The notes beneath the pieces are model-generated. The model made no database searches. It saw only the letters and a list, made by a program, of their open reading frames with translations, and was not told where the DNA came from. A DNA stretch of 64,000 nucleotides from an uncultured Pseudomonadales bacterium (GTDB lineage Bacteria; Patescibacteriota; Microgenomatia; UBA1400; MFAQ01). Location of the stretch: contig CAYHNG010000001.1 in NCBI GenBank assembly GCA_964357975.1, forward strand, positions 47,007-111,006, given 5' to 3'. Made by a program: the position numbers and the translations under genes. Below are positions 38,439 to 48,789 of this stretch, piece by piece. Numbering within the stretch: the stretch's first letter is position 1; every line of letters begins with the position of its first letter.

Positions 38439-38462
38439 AACCGCCCAAACTGGGCGGTTTTA
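38439..38462. terminator. Rho-independent terminator hairpin (CCGCCCA-aac-TGGGCGG + TTTT), probably bidirectional
   Basis: 7-bp GC-rich stem followed by a T-run on the plus strand. It sits between the converging small ORF and the GT4 gene, overlapping the GT4 stop. Confidence 0.55.
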
Positions 38463-39500
38463 AATTGCGAGGTTTGATTGTTTCAGGACATTTTGATACA
38501 CGTCGAGGGTGAGGCGGGCGGTTTTGGACCAGGAAAATTCTTTGGCTTTATCTTTGGCCAATGAGATTTGCCTAGCTTTAGCACTGGAGGAAAGATGAAG
38601 CGCTTTATTTATGGATCTTTCCATTGATTTAAGTCTTTTAGGATTAAAGGTAATGGCTTCGTCGTGATAAATCTCCGGTAGGCTGGAGGTCTTCGAGCTG
38701 GCTATTAGGCAACCGGAAGTCATGGCCTCCAGAAGCGGCAAACCAAAGCCTTCGTAATATGATGGCTGAACATAGAGAGAGGCCAGATGGAACATGGTGT
38801 TGAAATCTTCGTTGCTGACATACCCGGGATAAATGACGTGGTTGTAAACTTGAAGGCGAACCAGGTCAATGAGCTCCGGGTGAACCGGCTTGACCACTTC
38901 TTTGAGCATTCCCTTTCCGACAATCACCAGAGGGATTCCCAGTCGGTCGGTAACTTCCGCAAGAGAGGGTAAATTTTTGTTGGGATTGGGTCCGGCCGCT
39001 AAAGTTAGGACAAATTTGTCAGGTAGATTGAACTTCTTCTTGACCTCGGCGAGCTTGGCCGGTGACGGAAGAACTTTGTAGTCATCATCAACCGCGAGCG
39101 GAGTAACAAAGATTTTTTCCGGAGAAACTCGAAAATACTTTTCGATATCCCGCTTGGAACTTTCGGAGTCGGTAATAATGGCTGAGACAGAGCGAAGCGA
39201 ATACCATTGTCGAAGTAGATTGATAGTGCCCTTGATCCCTTTGGGATAGCGAGCCGCCATAACCAGAGGAGTGAGATCGTGAATGGTGACAATGGTTGGT
39301 TTGTCTTTTTTTAGAGGCAGGGTGGGATAAAAAAGATCAAAGAAGGGATAGTGGATAATGTCGGGATCTTTGTCTGTTAATTTGACGTCGGAGAGTTTTC
39401 CCAAAGATTGGATTAGGTGGTCGGCATAAATGCCCACTCCCCTACCGGAAGAATGATCACCACCAGCAATAAAGACTTTAACGGGGGGCATATTCTTCAT
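38460..39500 (-). CDS. Glycosyltransferase family 4 (GT-B)
   Basis: EGFGLPLLEAMTSGCLIASS signature. Confidence 0.8.
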   Translation of the reverse strand: MKNMPPVKVFIAGGDHSSGRGVGIYADHLIQSLGKLSDVKLTDKDPDIIHYPFFDLFYPTLPLKKDKPTIVTIHDLTPLVMAARYPKGIKGTINLLRQWYSLRSVSAIITDSESSKRDIEKYFRVSPEKIFVTPLAVDDDYKVLPSPAKLAEVKKKFNLPDKFVLTLAAGPNPNKNLPSLAEVTDRLGIPLVIVGKGMLKEVVKPVHPELIDLVRLQVYNHVIYPGYVSNEDFNTMFHLASLYVQPSYYEGFGLPLLEAMTSGCLIASSKTSSLPEIYHDEAITFNPKRLKSMERSINKALHLSSSAKARQISLAKDKAKEFSWSKTARLTLDVYQNVLKQSNLAI

Positions 39501-40380
39501 CTTTATATAATTCCCAAAGCTTCATATAAGAAAAGGCATGGTGCAGACCGGAGTAAAGCGAAAATACAAAACCGGGAAAACCATCGAGGAAACCGCGGTA
39601 ACGGAAGTAGAGACCTAAGAAAGTAGCCAGTGGTTTGAAGAATAAATAGTTGAGAGTATTGAAGAAAGTAATTTTGACACCTGCGGTTTTCATTTGGGTA
39701 GCTTTGAGACTGGAATAGCGATTCTCTCGAAGAAGATAGCGCGAGAAAGTGGGTGTACCAAAATGGTTCATGTCGGACTTTAGCCAGCCGACAGTCCCAC
39801 GAACAACCATCTGTTCGTGAACGTCTTTTCCGGGAAGCTCGGCTTTACCTCTTTGGAAGAGCCTGATGACCGGATCCGGGTACTGTCCTGCATGCATAAG
39901 AACACCCTTTAAAAAGTAGTTCTTTCGGGGAAGCCAGTAGGCGGCGGCTGGCTCCCTCAGTATCTTTGGTTCAGGAAAAAACATGCCGACCGGCAGGCAG
40001 GCTTTTACAAATTTATTGACTGATTTTTTGAGAGGAGAGATCCAGGAATCATAGCCAGAATAGCTGCCATCGAGAATGCCAACAACTTCTCTCTTCATCT
40101 CGGGCGTGATCACCTCATCGGTGTCTAACTGTAAAATCCAATCTGATTTTGCGTGATCATTGGCAATTTTCTTTTGAATATGAAAAATGGGGCTGTTCTC
40201 GCGGATCAAGACTTTGGCGCCCAGCTTTTTGGCAATTTCGGCGGTTTTGTCTGTGGAAGTGCCGTCTACAACGATAATCTCGTCGACCCAATCCTTGACG
40301 GAATTCAGGCAATCGGCAATACAATCCTCGTTATTGTATGAGGCCATAGTGACCGAGATGGTTTGACGTTTGGATTTCAT
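39478..40380 (-). CDS. Glycosyltransferase family 2
   Basis: ISVTMASYNNED...DEIIVVDGTSTD...LQLDTDE; paralogous to 502-1437. Confidence 0.8.
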   Translation of the reverse strand: MKSKRQTISVTMASYNNEDCIADCLNSVKDWVDEIIVVDGTSTDKTAEIAKKLGAKVLIRENSPIFHIQKKIANDHAKSDWILQLDTDEVITPEMKREVVGILDGSYSGYDSWISPLKKSVNKFVKACLPVGMFFPEPKILREPAAAYWLPRKNYFLKGVLMHAGQYPDPVIRLFQRGKAELPGKDVHEQMVVRGTVGWLKSDMNHFGTPTFSRYLLRENRYSSLKATQMKTAGVKITFFNTLNYLFFKPLATFLGLYFRYRGFLDGFPGFVFSLYSGLHHAFSYMKLWELYKDEEYAPR

Positions 40381-42053
40381 TTGGTGGAGAGGAATTTGTA
40401 CATGGGATGGCCGGCGGGGTCGTTTATCGTATAAATAACGGCCTTGTCGTCGACCGACTCATCAGCTGAGATTATAAGGGTATTGGGCAGTTTTTTGTCC
40501 TCTCCGTAGTTAATGGAGCGAAATTCGAACTTGCCGAAGCTCCGGACGGTCGAAAAACCGAACTTGTCTCTGGGAGTCATGACTAGCTCTGACTGAAGTA
40601 CTCTTGGATCATACTTCAGGAAAAAGGCCATTAAAATATATGGCTGGTCGTAGCGGTCGGAGATGAGGATGCGATCGTAGTTGTAATACTGTTGACCTAC
40701 ATACTCTGCGATTTGGTCAAAGCCATACTGCCAGGCGTAAGGGAGTACTTTGGGATAATGGACATAGTAGAGGTGTAAGTACCTGGCTACCGAGTAGCCT
40801 CCAAAAAGAAACACAATGAAGCAAACACCGGATACCAACCATTTTTTCTGTGTCCTGAGCAAGAGGTTTACAAAGACCGCAAGACCGAGAGCCGAGATCA
40901 CTGAAAGAGGAATAACCATATTCTGAGAGCGCAACGCGTGGGGGGACTGAAAGGTGAGAGCGGCCGCCAGCGGAGAAATAAGGAACCAGATAAAAATAAA
41001 CTTTTTCCCTTTGGAATCTAATTTTAGTAGAGAGAAAAGTCCGAGAAAATAGAAGGGAACCAGGAATAGATAAGATTGTCCTGTTTCGGGAACCTTACTC
41101 CGGGCAATCTCGTCTCCGGTAACAAAAAGGAATCGGGGAGAAAAATGAGCTAAATAATTTTTGACAAATCTGAGACCATATGAAAGATATTGGTTGTGTA
41201 GCGCCTTGATGGCGATTGTTTCTTGTGGGTGTGCCCGGCGCATCTCCAATGCTTGCCAGAGAGGACCAGTATCGGAAAAGACCGAGACACCGGAAAAGCG
41301 GGACTGCCCTTCTTTGGAAAGAAGTTGACTGGCGATGGGCAAAGAAAGAAGAAGTCCGAGAAACACAGAAATCATTAGGGCGCGAATATTAGTGGAGACT
41401 AGTTGGCGCCAGTAGAGAATGACTAGCGTAAGAGCCAGAAGCGGAGAGATGATTCTGGCCGAGTGGTAGGTATATAGACTGACAGCAAAGGCCGTAACAA
41501 AAAGGTAAAAATATTTTGTCTGCTTGCCGGTAGGAACTGTTTTTTCGATAGCCTTAAAGAAGGACCATAGTCCGAGTAGGATGAAAAAAAGTGCAGCATT
41601 AACCTCCCAACCACCTCTTGAGAACTGAAGATGCCAGGGTGAAACCGCCAGGACAAGGGCTGATAATAATGCAAACCTCTTGGTTTTAACGTGACACTCT
41701 TCATCTTGAGTATCTTTCCGGAATAACAAATTAACGAGCAAAAATAATAAATAAACGGAGGCGGTGCCCAATAGCGCGGAAGGAAGGCGAACGGACCAGA
41801 CAGTGGGACCAAGTAGTTTAACAAAAGGCAGGACCAGATAAAAATAGACCGGTGGCTTGTAATCATCAAAGGATCTAAACACCAGGGGCCAAGAAACTGA
41901 GTGTTCGTCTTTGCCCGTTTCCAGAAGCGACCAGGCGTTGTAACCGATAGCGGCTTCATCGGCGTTTAGACCGGCCGGAAACCGGTCTAAAGCGAATAGT
42001 CTGAGGACTGATGCCAAAATGAGTATGAGGATGATGGGAAGATGTTTTTTCAT
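40377..42053 (-). CDS. PMT/GT39-family GT-C glycosyltransferase, tandem paralog 1 of 6
   Basis: MKKHLPIILILILASVLRLF...GLNADEAAIGYNAWSLLETGKDEH...FRSFDDYKPPVYFYL...SVRLPSALLG, about 11 TM helices and a roughly 130-aa C-terminal soluble domain. ATGA-coupled to the upstream gene. Confidence 0.75.
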   Translation of the reverse strand: MKKHLPIILILILASVLRLFALDRFPAGLNADEAAIGYNAWSLLETGKDEHSVSWPLVFRSFDDYKPPVYFYLVLPFVKLLGPTVWSVRLPSALLGTASVYLLFLLVNLLFRKDTQDEECHVKTKRFALLSALVLAVSPWHLQFSRGGWEVNAALFFILLGLWSFFKAIEKTVPTGKQTKYFYLFVTAFAVSLYTYHSARIISPLLALTLVILYWRQLVSTNIRALMISVFLGLLLSLPIASQLLSKEGQSRFSGVSVFSDTGPLWQALEMRRAHPQETIAIKALHNQYLSYGLRFVKNYLAHFSPRFLFVTGDEIARSKVPETGQSYLFLVPFYFLGLFSLLKLDSKGKKFIFIWFLISPLAAALTFQSPHALRSQNMVIPLSVISALGLAVFVNLLLRTQKKWLVSGVCFIVFLFGGYSVARYLHLYYVHYPKVLPYAWQYGFDQIAEYVGQQYYNYDRILISDRYDQPYILMAFFLKYDPRVLQSELVMTPRDKFGFSTVRSFGKFEFRSINYGEDKKLPNTLIISADESVDDKAVIYTINDPAGHPMYKFLSTK

Positions 42054-43708
42054 TAAGGTTTGGTTTTGATGACCCGAAAGAGAATGTGATGATCTGGAGT
42101 TTCGATTTGTCTAAACAGATCCACGTTAGGTCCGGTAATATCGAACTGATTGTTGATATTTCCCTCAGATCCGATAAAGAGAGTGTCTTTTTGAGTCATC
42201 ATGTCGGAAGAGCCAAACTGGTGGAACTCAACACTACCGACTTTGTCCACTTTTCCGACGTCCAAACCGCCGCTAATAAAATCGTTATTTTTTTGATAAG
42301 TAGCCGGGTCATATGCGGTGTAAAAAACGTAATAGATATATGGCTGACCGTAGACATCGGTAAAGACAACTTTCTTGGCCGGATGGTCTTTAATAATTTG
42401 AACTACCTGCTTGTAGCCGTAGTTGAACTCTTTGGAAAAGACAGTCTGGGAATGAAAAAAGTACACATCAAAGACGTATATTGCGCATAGGGTGTAGATA
42501 CCGGCAATGAGTGCGAAGAATATTTTTGAATTTGTATAAAGATAATAGATACCCAGACCAGCAATTATAGAGAGTGGAACAACCATAAAGAGAGCTCTGA
42601 CGGTGGAGAACTCAGCCAAAGTCAGTGAGGCGGGAATGGGCGAGATAAGAAGCAGTCCGAGAATTAATGCCGTTGTTCTGTCCGGGGTGTCATGACTACC
42701 TGGAGAAAGGTTTTTGACTAGCCAGATAAAACCTAGAACTAACCAGATGAACTCTAAAGGATTGAGCGCTCCCAATCCGGGAAGGTGTCCCCTTTCGGAA
42801 ACAATGGGGCCTTCGTAGAAGAGGACTTCGGGTGAAAAGTGATACAGATAACGGGAGAGAACAAGCCTAGTTGAAAGTTCTTTTTGGTTATGGAAAAGAT
42901 TTAAGGAGGTAGAATTTTGATTGTCTATCTCCCTTGTTATTTGGGGTATCCCCGGTTTGTAGTTGAAGATGCTCAGAGTTGTAAGCCGATTACCGGCGCT
43001 GCCAAATACAGAACCGAAGAAAATCCAGAGACCAAACAGAATAAATGGAAAAAGCGACAACAGCTTTTTGGGCTTTAGATATGGAGTAAAACTAGACCAA
43101 AATTCTTTCCAGTAAATAACAAGAAAAAGTAGAAAGACCAGAGGAGTTAAAAGTTTGGCCGCTTGGTACATGGCCAACGAGAGACAAGCCAATAGCAAAG
43201 AGGGGTAGAGAGCTGATTTTCCCTTTAGAAACCGGAGAAAATAGTAAAGAGCAAAAATGGTCAGCGTGGTGAAAACGTTTACTTCCCAAGCCCCGTGACC
43301 AAAGTGCACCGCCCACGGAGAAATAGCGAGGGCCAGAGCCGCAAAAGAACCTGGTTTGTGGGTGGATTTGGTGGAGAAAATTTCGTTAGTGAGAAGATAG
43401 ATGCCGAAGATGGCGAGAATGCCGGCAAGAGCGCTAGGGAAACGAACTGCAAATTCATTGAGACCAAAGATGGCCACCGAGGGGACCGCAAGATAAATAT
43501 AAGCACCTGGTTTGTAATCTCCAAAACTCTTGAAGACTAAGGGCAAGAAAGCGCCGTGTTCATCCCGCCCGGTCTTCAGCAGGGAGTAGGCGTTGTAACC
43601 GATGGCCGCCTCGTCCCAAGTGAGCCCGTTTGGGACGGACGACAATTGCCACAAACGAAGAAACGTTCCTAGTAGTAGGGCAATGATCAAAAGAATATAT
43701 TTCTTCAT
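42053..43708 (-). CDS. PMT/GT39-family GT-C glycosyltransferase, tandem paralog 2
   Basis: GLTWDEAAIGYNAYSLLKTGRDEHG...FKSFGDYKPGAYIYL; divergent C-terminal domain; TAATG coupling. Confidence 0.75.
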   Translation of the reverse strand: MKKYILLIIALLLGTFLRLWQLSSVPNGLTWDEAAIGYNAYSLLKTGRDEHGAFLPLVFKSFGDYKPGAYIYLAVPSVAIFGLNEFAVRFPSALAGILAIFGIYLLTNEIFSTKSTHKPGSFAALALAISPWAVHFGHGAWEVNVFTTLTIFALYYFLRFLKGKSALYPSLLLACLSLAMYQAAKLLTPLVFLLFLVIYWKEFWSSFTPYLKPKKLLSLFPFILFGLWIFFGSVFGSAGNRLTTLSIFNYKPGIPQITREIDNQNSTSLNLFHNQKELSTRLVLSRYLYHFSPEVLFYEGPIVSERGHLPGLGALNPLEFIWLVLGFIWLVKNLSPGSHDTPDRTTALILGLLLISPIPASLTLAEFSTVRALFMVVPLSIIAGLGIYYLYTNSKIFFALIAGIYTLCAIYVFDVYFFHSQTVFSKEFNYGYKQVVQIIKDHPAKKVVFTDVYGQPYIYYVFYTAYDPATYQKNNDFISGGLDVGKVDKVGSVEFHQFGSSDMMTQKDTLFIGSEGNINNQFDITGPNVDLFRQIETPDHHILFRVIKTKP

Positions 43709-45432
43709 GGAATAGAAGTAATTATAAACGCCGGAGACCCGTCTAAGTAATTCACCGTCTTAATGACATGGGCGTTGACCGGGACGTGACCCGCAGAAGT
43801 AATCAAGAGGCTTCTCTGTGTGGAGATCTCTCCTCCACTCTCCAGAGGAAGAGTCTTGATGGAAGTGACCGGAATCTGCCAATCGTTGACAAAATAAACA
43901 TTGTCTATCTTATCCGTCCAGTACCAATCCGATTTTTGGAAACGAATATTGTCTTTGTTTGGCTGAACAATTTTCGGCTCTATCCGATCAAAGAAGGCGT
44001 AAAAAATATGCGGCTCTCCGAAACGTTTGGTGATAAAAAAGCGATCGTATTCGTGCCGATGATCTTGGACATAGGTCATTACTTCCGCGTAGCCAAATTG
44101 CCAGGACGCAGAATAGGTAGTAGCATAATTCCCAAAATACTGTCTAAGGTAAAACCCGAAGGAGACACCAATCCACAGAGCCAACAAAATCAGAGAGAGT
44201 CTAGTAAATTTGTGAGGAATAAACCTCAACAGCCGGGATAAACCCAGACCGGCAAAAATAATGATGGCCGGGATCATAGGATTTGGACGGAGTGCTTGCG
44301 GAGGATCGATGGTCAGACTGGCCGCGACTGGGGAAAGGAGTAACCAAGCATAGAGGAATTTTAGAGATTCGGAACCTCGCAATAACGACAGGTGTGATAA
44401 AAAACCAAGAAGAGCCAGTAAGAAGACGGGGAGAGTTAAAAGGTTTTGGCCGGGAATGGCAAACTGGAACTGGGCCCCCCATTGTTGGGAGAAAAACTGA
44501 GGTGAGAAATAGCCGATATAGTTCTTGGTAAAAGTAGTGAAAAAATAAACAGGACGGTTATAAACCAATTTAGAGACGAGTGGACCCAGAGAACTTTGAG
44601 ACCTTTGCTCCCCAATTTGAAAAACAGTGGCCGGTGAAAGAATCTTGAGCTTTTCATAACGAGCCGTACCTGCCCCAAGAAAGACCTGATATATGACTAG
44701 CCCAGAGAAAAGGAGTGCGAGAACAAGAGAGGTGATTAGTGCAAAGTGGTTGGTGCGAGGTGCACGAAGATTGGGACGAAAAATAAGAAAAGAGACCACC
44801 ACGAGCAAAGGCACAAAGACGCGGGCAGTGTTGTAGGTATGCAGAGAGAGGCCTAACAGTATAACGGAGGGGAGTAAAGAGGTTTTTGTTTGGTGGATCC
44901 CCGCCTTCGCGAGGATGACACTATCGGAACTGTGGAAGAATTTTAGTAAGAAGTAGAAGCCGAAGATTATTAAAGTAAGAGATAGATTGGCTTCTAAGGC
45001 CGGGCGAGAGATGAAGAAATGCCAGGGAGAAATGGTGAGGAGAAGCGCAGTAATTAGTGCGAAGTGTTTGGTTTTTTGAGAAAAAAGCTCGCGGGTTAGA
45101 AAATAAATTCCCGGAATGGCAAGAGTGCCGGCGAGAGCAGAGATAAATCGAACCGAAAAAGTACTAAGACCAAAAAGCCAGACAGGAATGGTGGTGAGAT
45201 AAATATATAAAGGTAGCTTGTAATCCCCGAAGGCTCGAAAGATTAGAGGAAACCTAACTCCCCACTCGTCTCTCCCGGTGAGCAAAATGGAATAAGCATT
45301 GTACCCATGACTCGCTTCATCCCAATTCAAGGCGACGGGAAAAGCGTCTAATTTCCAAAAGCGGAGTAGACCACCAAGCAAGGTGAACAAAAACAGCAGT
45401 AATAGTGGCCGATTATTAATAATGGACTTCAT
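43705..45432 (-). CDS. PMT/GT39-family GT-C glycosyltransferase, tandem paralog 3
   Basis: ALNWDEASHGYNAYSILLTGRDEWG...FRAFGDYKLPLYIYL. Carries an in-frame copy of the 25-nt repeat, encoding SVILAKAGIH in a loop. Confidence 0.75.
   Translation of the reverse strand: MKSIINNRPLLLLFLFTLLGGLLRFWKLDAFPVALNWDEASHGYNAYSILLTGRDEWGVRFPLIFRAFGDYKLPLYIYLTTIPVWLFGLSTFSVRFISALAGTLAIPGIYFLTRELFSQKTKHFALITALLLTISPWHFFISRPALEANLSLTLIIFGFYFLLKFFHSSDSVILAKAGIHQTKTSLLPSVILLGLSLHTYNTARVFVPLLVVVSFLIFRPNLRAPRTNHFALITSLVLALLFSGLVIYQVFLGAGTARYEKLKILSPATVFQIGEQRSQSSLGPLVSKLVYNRPVYFFTTFTKNYIGYFSPQFFSQQWGAQFQFAIPGQNLLTLPVFLLALLGFLSHLSLLRGSESLKFLYAWLLLSPVAASLTIDPPQALRPNPMIPAIIIFAGLGLSRLLRFIPHKFTRLSLILLALWIGVSFGFYLRQYFGNYATTYSASWQFGYAEVMTYVQDHRHEYDRFFITKRFGEPHIFYAFFDRIEPKIVQPNKDNIRFQKSDWYWTDKIDNVYFVNDWQIPVTSIKTLPLESGGEISTQRSLLITSAGHVPVNAHVIKTVNYLDGSPAFIITSIP
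44896..44920. repeat. Hairpin repeat copy R5 (identical 25-mer to R1), in-frame inside PMT paralog 3
   Basis: Exact 25/25 match to 25365-25389. Encodes SVILAKAGIH in an inter-helix loop of the 43705-45432 protein. Confidence 0.8.
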
Positions 45433-47119
45433 AATAAAGAGGTTCGCCGGAAGGCAAGCTAATTATGTCACCAATCGCAGCCACAGAACGAATATCACTG
45501 GTGTCTACCTCCGGGCGGGTCAGATAATAGTGGGCATTGGGAAGAGGGTTGATGGGCTTGTTTTGGTAATCAATCATGGTGGCAATATAAAGATCGGAGT
45601 CCCCTATCCTGTTTCCGTCCAAATTGAAGTTTCCCGAAGTAGAGTTGTAGACAGTGTGCTGTAGTTCAAACTCTTGAAATTTGCGTGGGTTAAAACCGGT
45701 GTAATAAAGATAAAAAATCAAAGGGTATTCGTACTTGGGAGAAATGATCACCGGTTCACCAGGATGCCGACTGACGGATTGCATAAGTTCTTGCATTCCG
45801 GCGCTCCATGATCTTTCTGAGGTATAGCGATAATGAGACCAATAGTCATGTAGATATAAAGAGGAATCGGCAAAAAGTAAAAGAAGTACTAAAGCCGTTA
45901 GCCACTTTGAGTAAGAGAACAACTGATCAAAACCAAAAGAGACAACCAAGACCAAAGGCAGTATGAGCATAAAAATCCGAGAGGAATGGGTGGCTCCATC
46001 TCTCGTCAGAGCAGAAGGAAGAATGGCGGCAACGGAAAGGACTACGACAAAAAGGAGGAACTTGGCGTGTTTCCCTGCGGCTAATCGGTAAAGACCATAA
46101 AGCAGGGGAATAAGAAGGGCTTTCTCCAGCATGCCCCAACCCTGCACCGCGTGTCGAGGATTCGTATCCCCTTGAAGGAAGAGATAGTCGAAAGAGATGG
46201 GACTGACGACATTTTTGATAAACACCTGAAGAACGGACAAAACTTTGTTATGGGTGGCTTTACTAATTAGGTCGGTAGTTGAGCCAACCGGTGCTGATGG
46301 ACCAAGATCTTCTTTCCTCAAAAAATTAATTTCGGTAGGTATCGTGGGGTCGGTAAAAATAGAGATCTCGTTGAAACGCCTAGCAGCTCCACCGTTGATA
46401 ACTACCACCCCTAGAGGAATAAAGAGAATAATTAGCCATAGAGAAAGTTTCTTTCCCCACAAATGTTCTTTGGTACCAGGAAGGAGGAGGAGAACTAGGG
46501 GGATAAAAAGTAGAGCCAATTTGGCCGTGCTGTAGATCATAGGAGTAAGAGAAAACAATATCAAAGAGACGATAATAGCCCAGACTCTTTTGTGGATTAA
46601 GAAATGAGTGTAGAAAAATAAACCGGCCAGATAAACCGTAAATAACATAGAGAGCTCAAAGCCTATACGAGAGTAAGTAAAGTGCCAGGGAATAATTGAC
46701 AAAACCAAAGCAGACCAAAAACCGAAAGAGGATCCGGTTTTTGGGGATGAAAATCCAAATAATTTAGAGAGATTATTAGCCAGGAAAAATATCGCCACGA
46801 TTCCTAGTATGGAGAAAATGGCCGGAGTAAGGCGAATAGCCAAATCCATAGTAACACCAGGTATCAGTGAGACTAGGGCGGTAGCGTATATGGGTAAGGC
46901 TGTGCGAACATCAGAAAAAGAGTGAAACTGCAGAGGAAGGAAATTTCCTTGATAATCTTTTCCCGTCGACAAAAAGGAACGGGCTTGATAACCGATGTCC
47001 ACCTCATCGGAAAAAAGACTGATCGGATTTTGTTGTAAGCCGGATAGCCTAAGACTAGCTCCTACCAGAAGAACCAAGAATAATGGCCAGTACCGGCTAA
47101 AGAGGTCTTTTATTTTCAT
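45416..47119 (-). CDS. PMT/GT39-family GT-C glycosyltransferase, tandem paralog 4
   Basis: SLFSDEVDIGYQARSFLSTGKDYQG...FHSFSDVRTALPIY. Confidence 0.7.
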   Translation of the reverse strand: MKIKDLFSRYWPLFLVLLVGASLRLSGLQQNPISLFSDEVDIGYQARSFLSTGKDYQGNFLPLQFHSFSDVRTALPIYATALVSLIPGVTMDLAIRLTPAIFSILGIVAIFFLANNLSKLFGFSSPKTGSSFGFWSALVLSIIPWHFTYSRIGFELSMLFTVYLAGLFFYTHFLIHKRVWAIIVSLILFSLTPMIYSTAKLALLFIPLVLLLLPGTKEHLWGKKLSLWLIILFIPLGVVVINGGAARRFNEISIFTDPTIPTEINFLRKEDLGPSAPVGSTTDLISKATHNKVLSVLQVFIKNVVSPISFDYLFLQGDTNPRHAVQGWGMLEKALLIPLLYGLYRLAAGKHAKFLLFVVVLSVAAILPSALTRDGATHSSRIFMLILPLVLVVSFGFDQLFSYSKWLTALVLLLLFADSSLYLHDYWSHYRYTSERSWSAGMQELMQSVSRHPGEPVIISPKYEYPLIFYLYYTGFNPRKFQEFELQHTVYNSTSGNFNLDGNRIGDSDLYIATMIDYQNKPINPLPNAHYYLTRPEVDTSDIRSVAAIGDIISLPSGEPLYYEVHY

Positions 47120-48789
47120 TTGTACTTCGGATTCGTTTTTAATATTCTCAAGGCCACCTTTCCGTCGGGAAAGGGTATTTCTTTGATTATAGACAAATTG
47201 TGATCTTTTATTTGAACTTCCGACATGGCTAGATAGTCTGCTACCAAATACTGCTCTACAGCGTCCGTGTCGGGTCCCCAGACAATACTTTTAACGGTAA
47301 TATTTCCCAGTTTTTTGGTGTCGCTTCTGTTGAGACTGGTATAGTAATCTGCGGCTGAGACCTCAAAGTTTTCGCGTTGGTAGAGAGCGGGGTCGTATTT
47401 GAGGAAAAACATCATCAGGATATAACTATCTCCTCGCGAACTGTCCACCACGATGGGAAGTTGTGGATTAAGACCGGGAATCTCTTTGACTACCAACTCC
47501 CAACCATAGTTCCAGAACTTGGAATTGAAATAATCGTTAAAGTAAAAAATGGAGATAAACATCCTCACCGACGAAAAAATCACGAGAAGAGTAATGAGCG
47601 ATAATTTCAACTTTGAAGATATGGATGGAAGAATCTCCCAGAGTTTAATAAGACCAAAAGAAATAATCAGAATCTGGGGAATAACCAAAGGAAGCGATCG
47701 AAGAGTTGAGTAAGGATCTCTTGTGAGGGCGGCGGGAATGGGAGACGCTAGGAGAAGTGTAAAAACATAGAAAGTAAGATCTTTCAGGTGTCTTTCTTTG
47801 AAGAGAAAATACAACCCAATCAGATATAGAGGGAATTGCCAAACAAAAAAAGTTCCCAGACCGGGATAGGGCAATCGAGGTCCCGAGTCCCCCAGAGAAA
47901 ACATATAGCGGGGGGAAAGATAAGAACCATAGAGGGAAAGGAACTCCTTAAATGCCAAAATCTGAGGATTGTTTGTGAGATCGTGAACGAGACCTTTTCC
48001 CTCCTGATAACCCCAAACATTTTTCCCTGAAGCGGCAAAAATATTTAAGGCGGCTGAGCGCGCCTGGAAACCGGGAGTTCCGATAATTTGAAGAGTTGGA
48101 AGAAAAATAACGAAGGCTAAGACCAAACTAACAAGAATTGGGGTTAGATGATGTTTTAGTTCAGAAAATATGACCGGGGAATAGCGTAGTACGAACACAA
48201 CGAGGAGTACGGGGACGATAATTATTTCTGCCCGATAGGCCATCATGGAAATCACAAAAGATAAAGCGGCCGGAAGAAATAACCAAGATTTTTTAAGAGC
48301 ACTCATGATAAAAGGAGATCCCAGCAATAAGAAAAACAAAGCGACGTTGGCTTCATAAGCCGTACGACTATAGTTAATATGCCATGGAGAAATGGCCAGG
48401 AGAAAAGTAGTTACTAGTGCAAGGTGGTTGGTGCGAGGTGCAAGCTGACGGACCAGCAGATAGAGCAAGGGTAGGCTAAGAAAACCGAAAAGGGCTGATG
48501 GAAGTCTGACCGAGAAAACAGAGAGATCTAAAAAATGAATGATAGGAATCAGAAGGTAGGAATAAACCGGGCTCTGAAAAGTGGAAAAGGAGCGAAACAT
48601 GACGGGCAACCACTTGCCATACTCGTCCATGTCGGTTTTGAAGACTGAATAAGCGTTGTAGCCAAGTGAAGCCTCGTCCACGTACAGTCCGAGCGGAGTT
48701 TGCCCTAGTTTGTAAAAGCGGAAGAAGGCTCCAAGCAACAAAGCCAAAAATAAGAGAATCGCCGGTAGATATTTATTTGCTTGTTTCAT
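47116..48789 (-). CDS. PMT/GT39-family GT-C glycosyltransferase, tandem paralog 5
   Basis: GLYVDEASLGYNAYSVFKTDMDEYG...FRSFSTFQSPVYSYL. Confidence 0.75.
   Translation of the reverse strand: MKQANKYLPAILLFLALLLGAFFRFYKLGQTPLGLYVDEASLGYNAYSVFKTDMDEYGKWLPVMFRSFSTFQSPVYSYLLIPIIHFLDLSVFSVRLPSALFGFLSLPLLYLLVRQLAPRTNHLALVTTFLLAISPWHINYSRTAYEANVALFFLLLGSPFIMSALKKSWLFLPAALSFVISMMAYRAEIIIVPVLLVVFVLRYSPVIFSELKHHLTPILVSLVLAFVIFLPTLQIIGTPGFQARSAALNIFAASGKNVWGYQEGKGLVHDLTNNPQILAFKEFLSLYGSYLSPRYMFSLGDSGPRLPYPGLGTFFVWQFPLYLIGLYFLFKERHLKDLTFYVFTLLLASPIPAALTRDPYSTLRSLPLVIPQILIISFGLIKLWEILPSISSKLKLSLITLLVIFSSVRMFISIFYFNDYFNSKFWNYGWELVVKEIPGLNPQLPIVVDSSRGDSYILMMFFLKYDPALYQRENFEVSAADYYTSLNRSDTKKLGNITVKSIVWGPDTDAVEQYLVADYLAMSEVQIKDHNLSIIKEIPFPDGKVALRILKTNPKYK

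Noticed and set aside
41423-41959. 178-aa ORF and similar 60-160-aa ORFs (e.g. 49964-50458, 56954-57397, 43768-44241) overlapping PMT and other genes
   Set aside because: Alternative-frame or antisense ORFs within long conserved membrane-protein genes; no motifs or independent signals.
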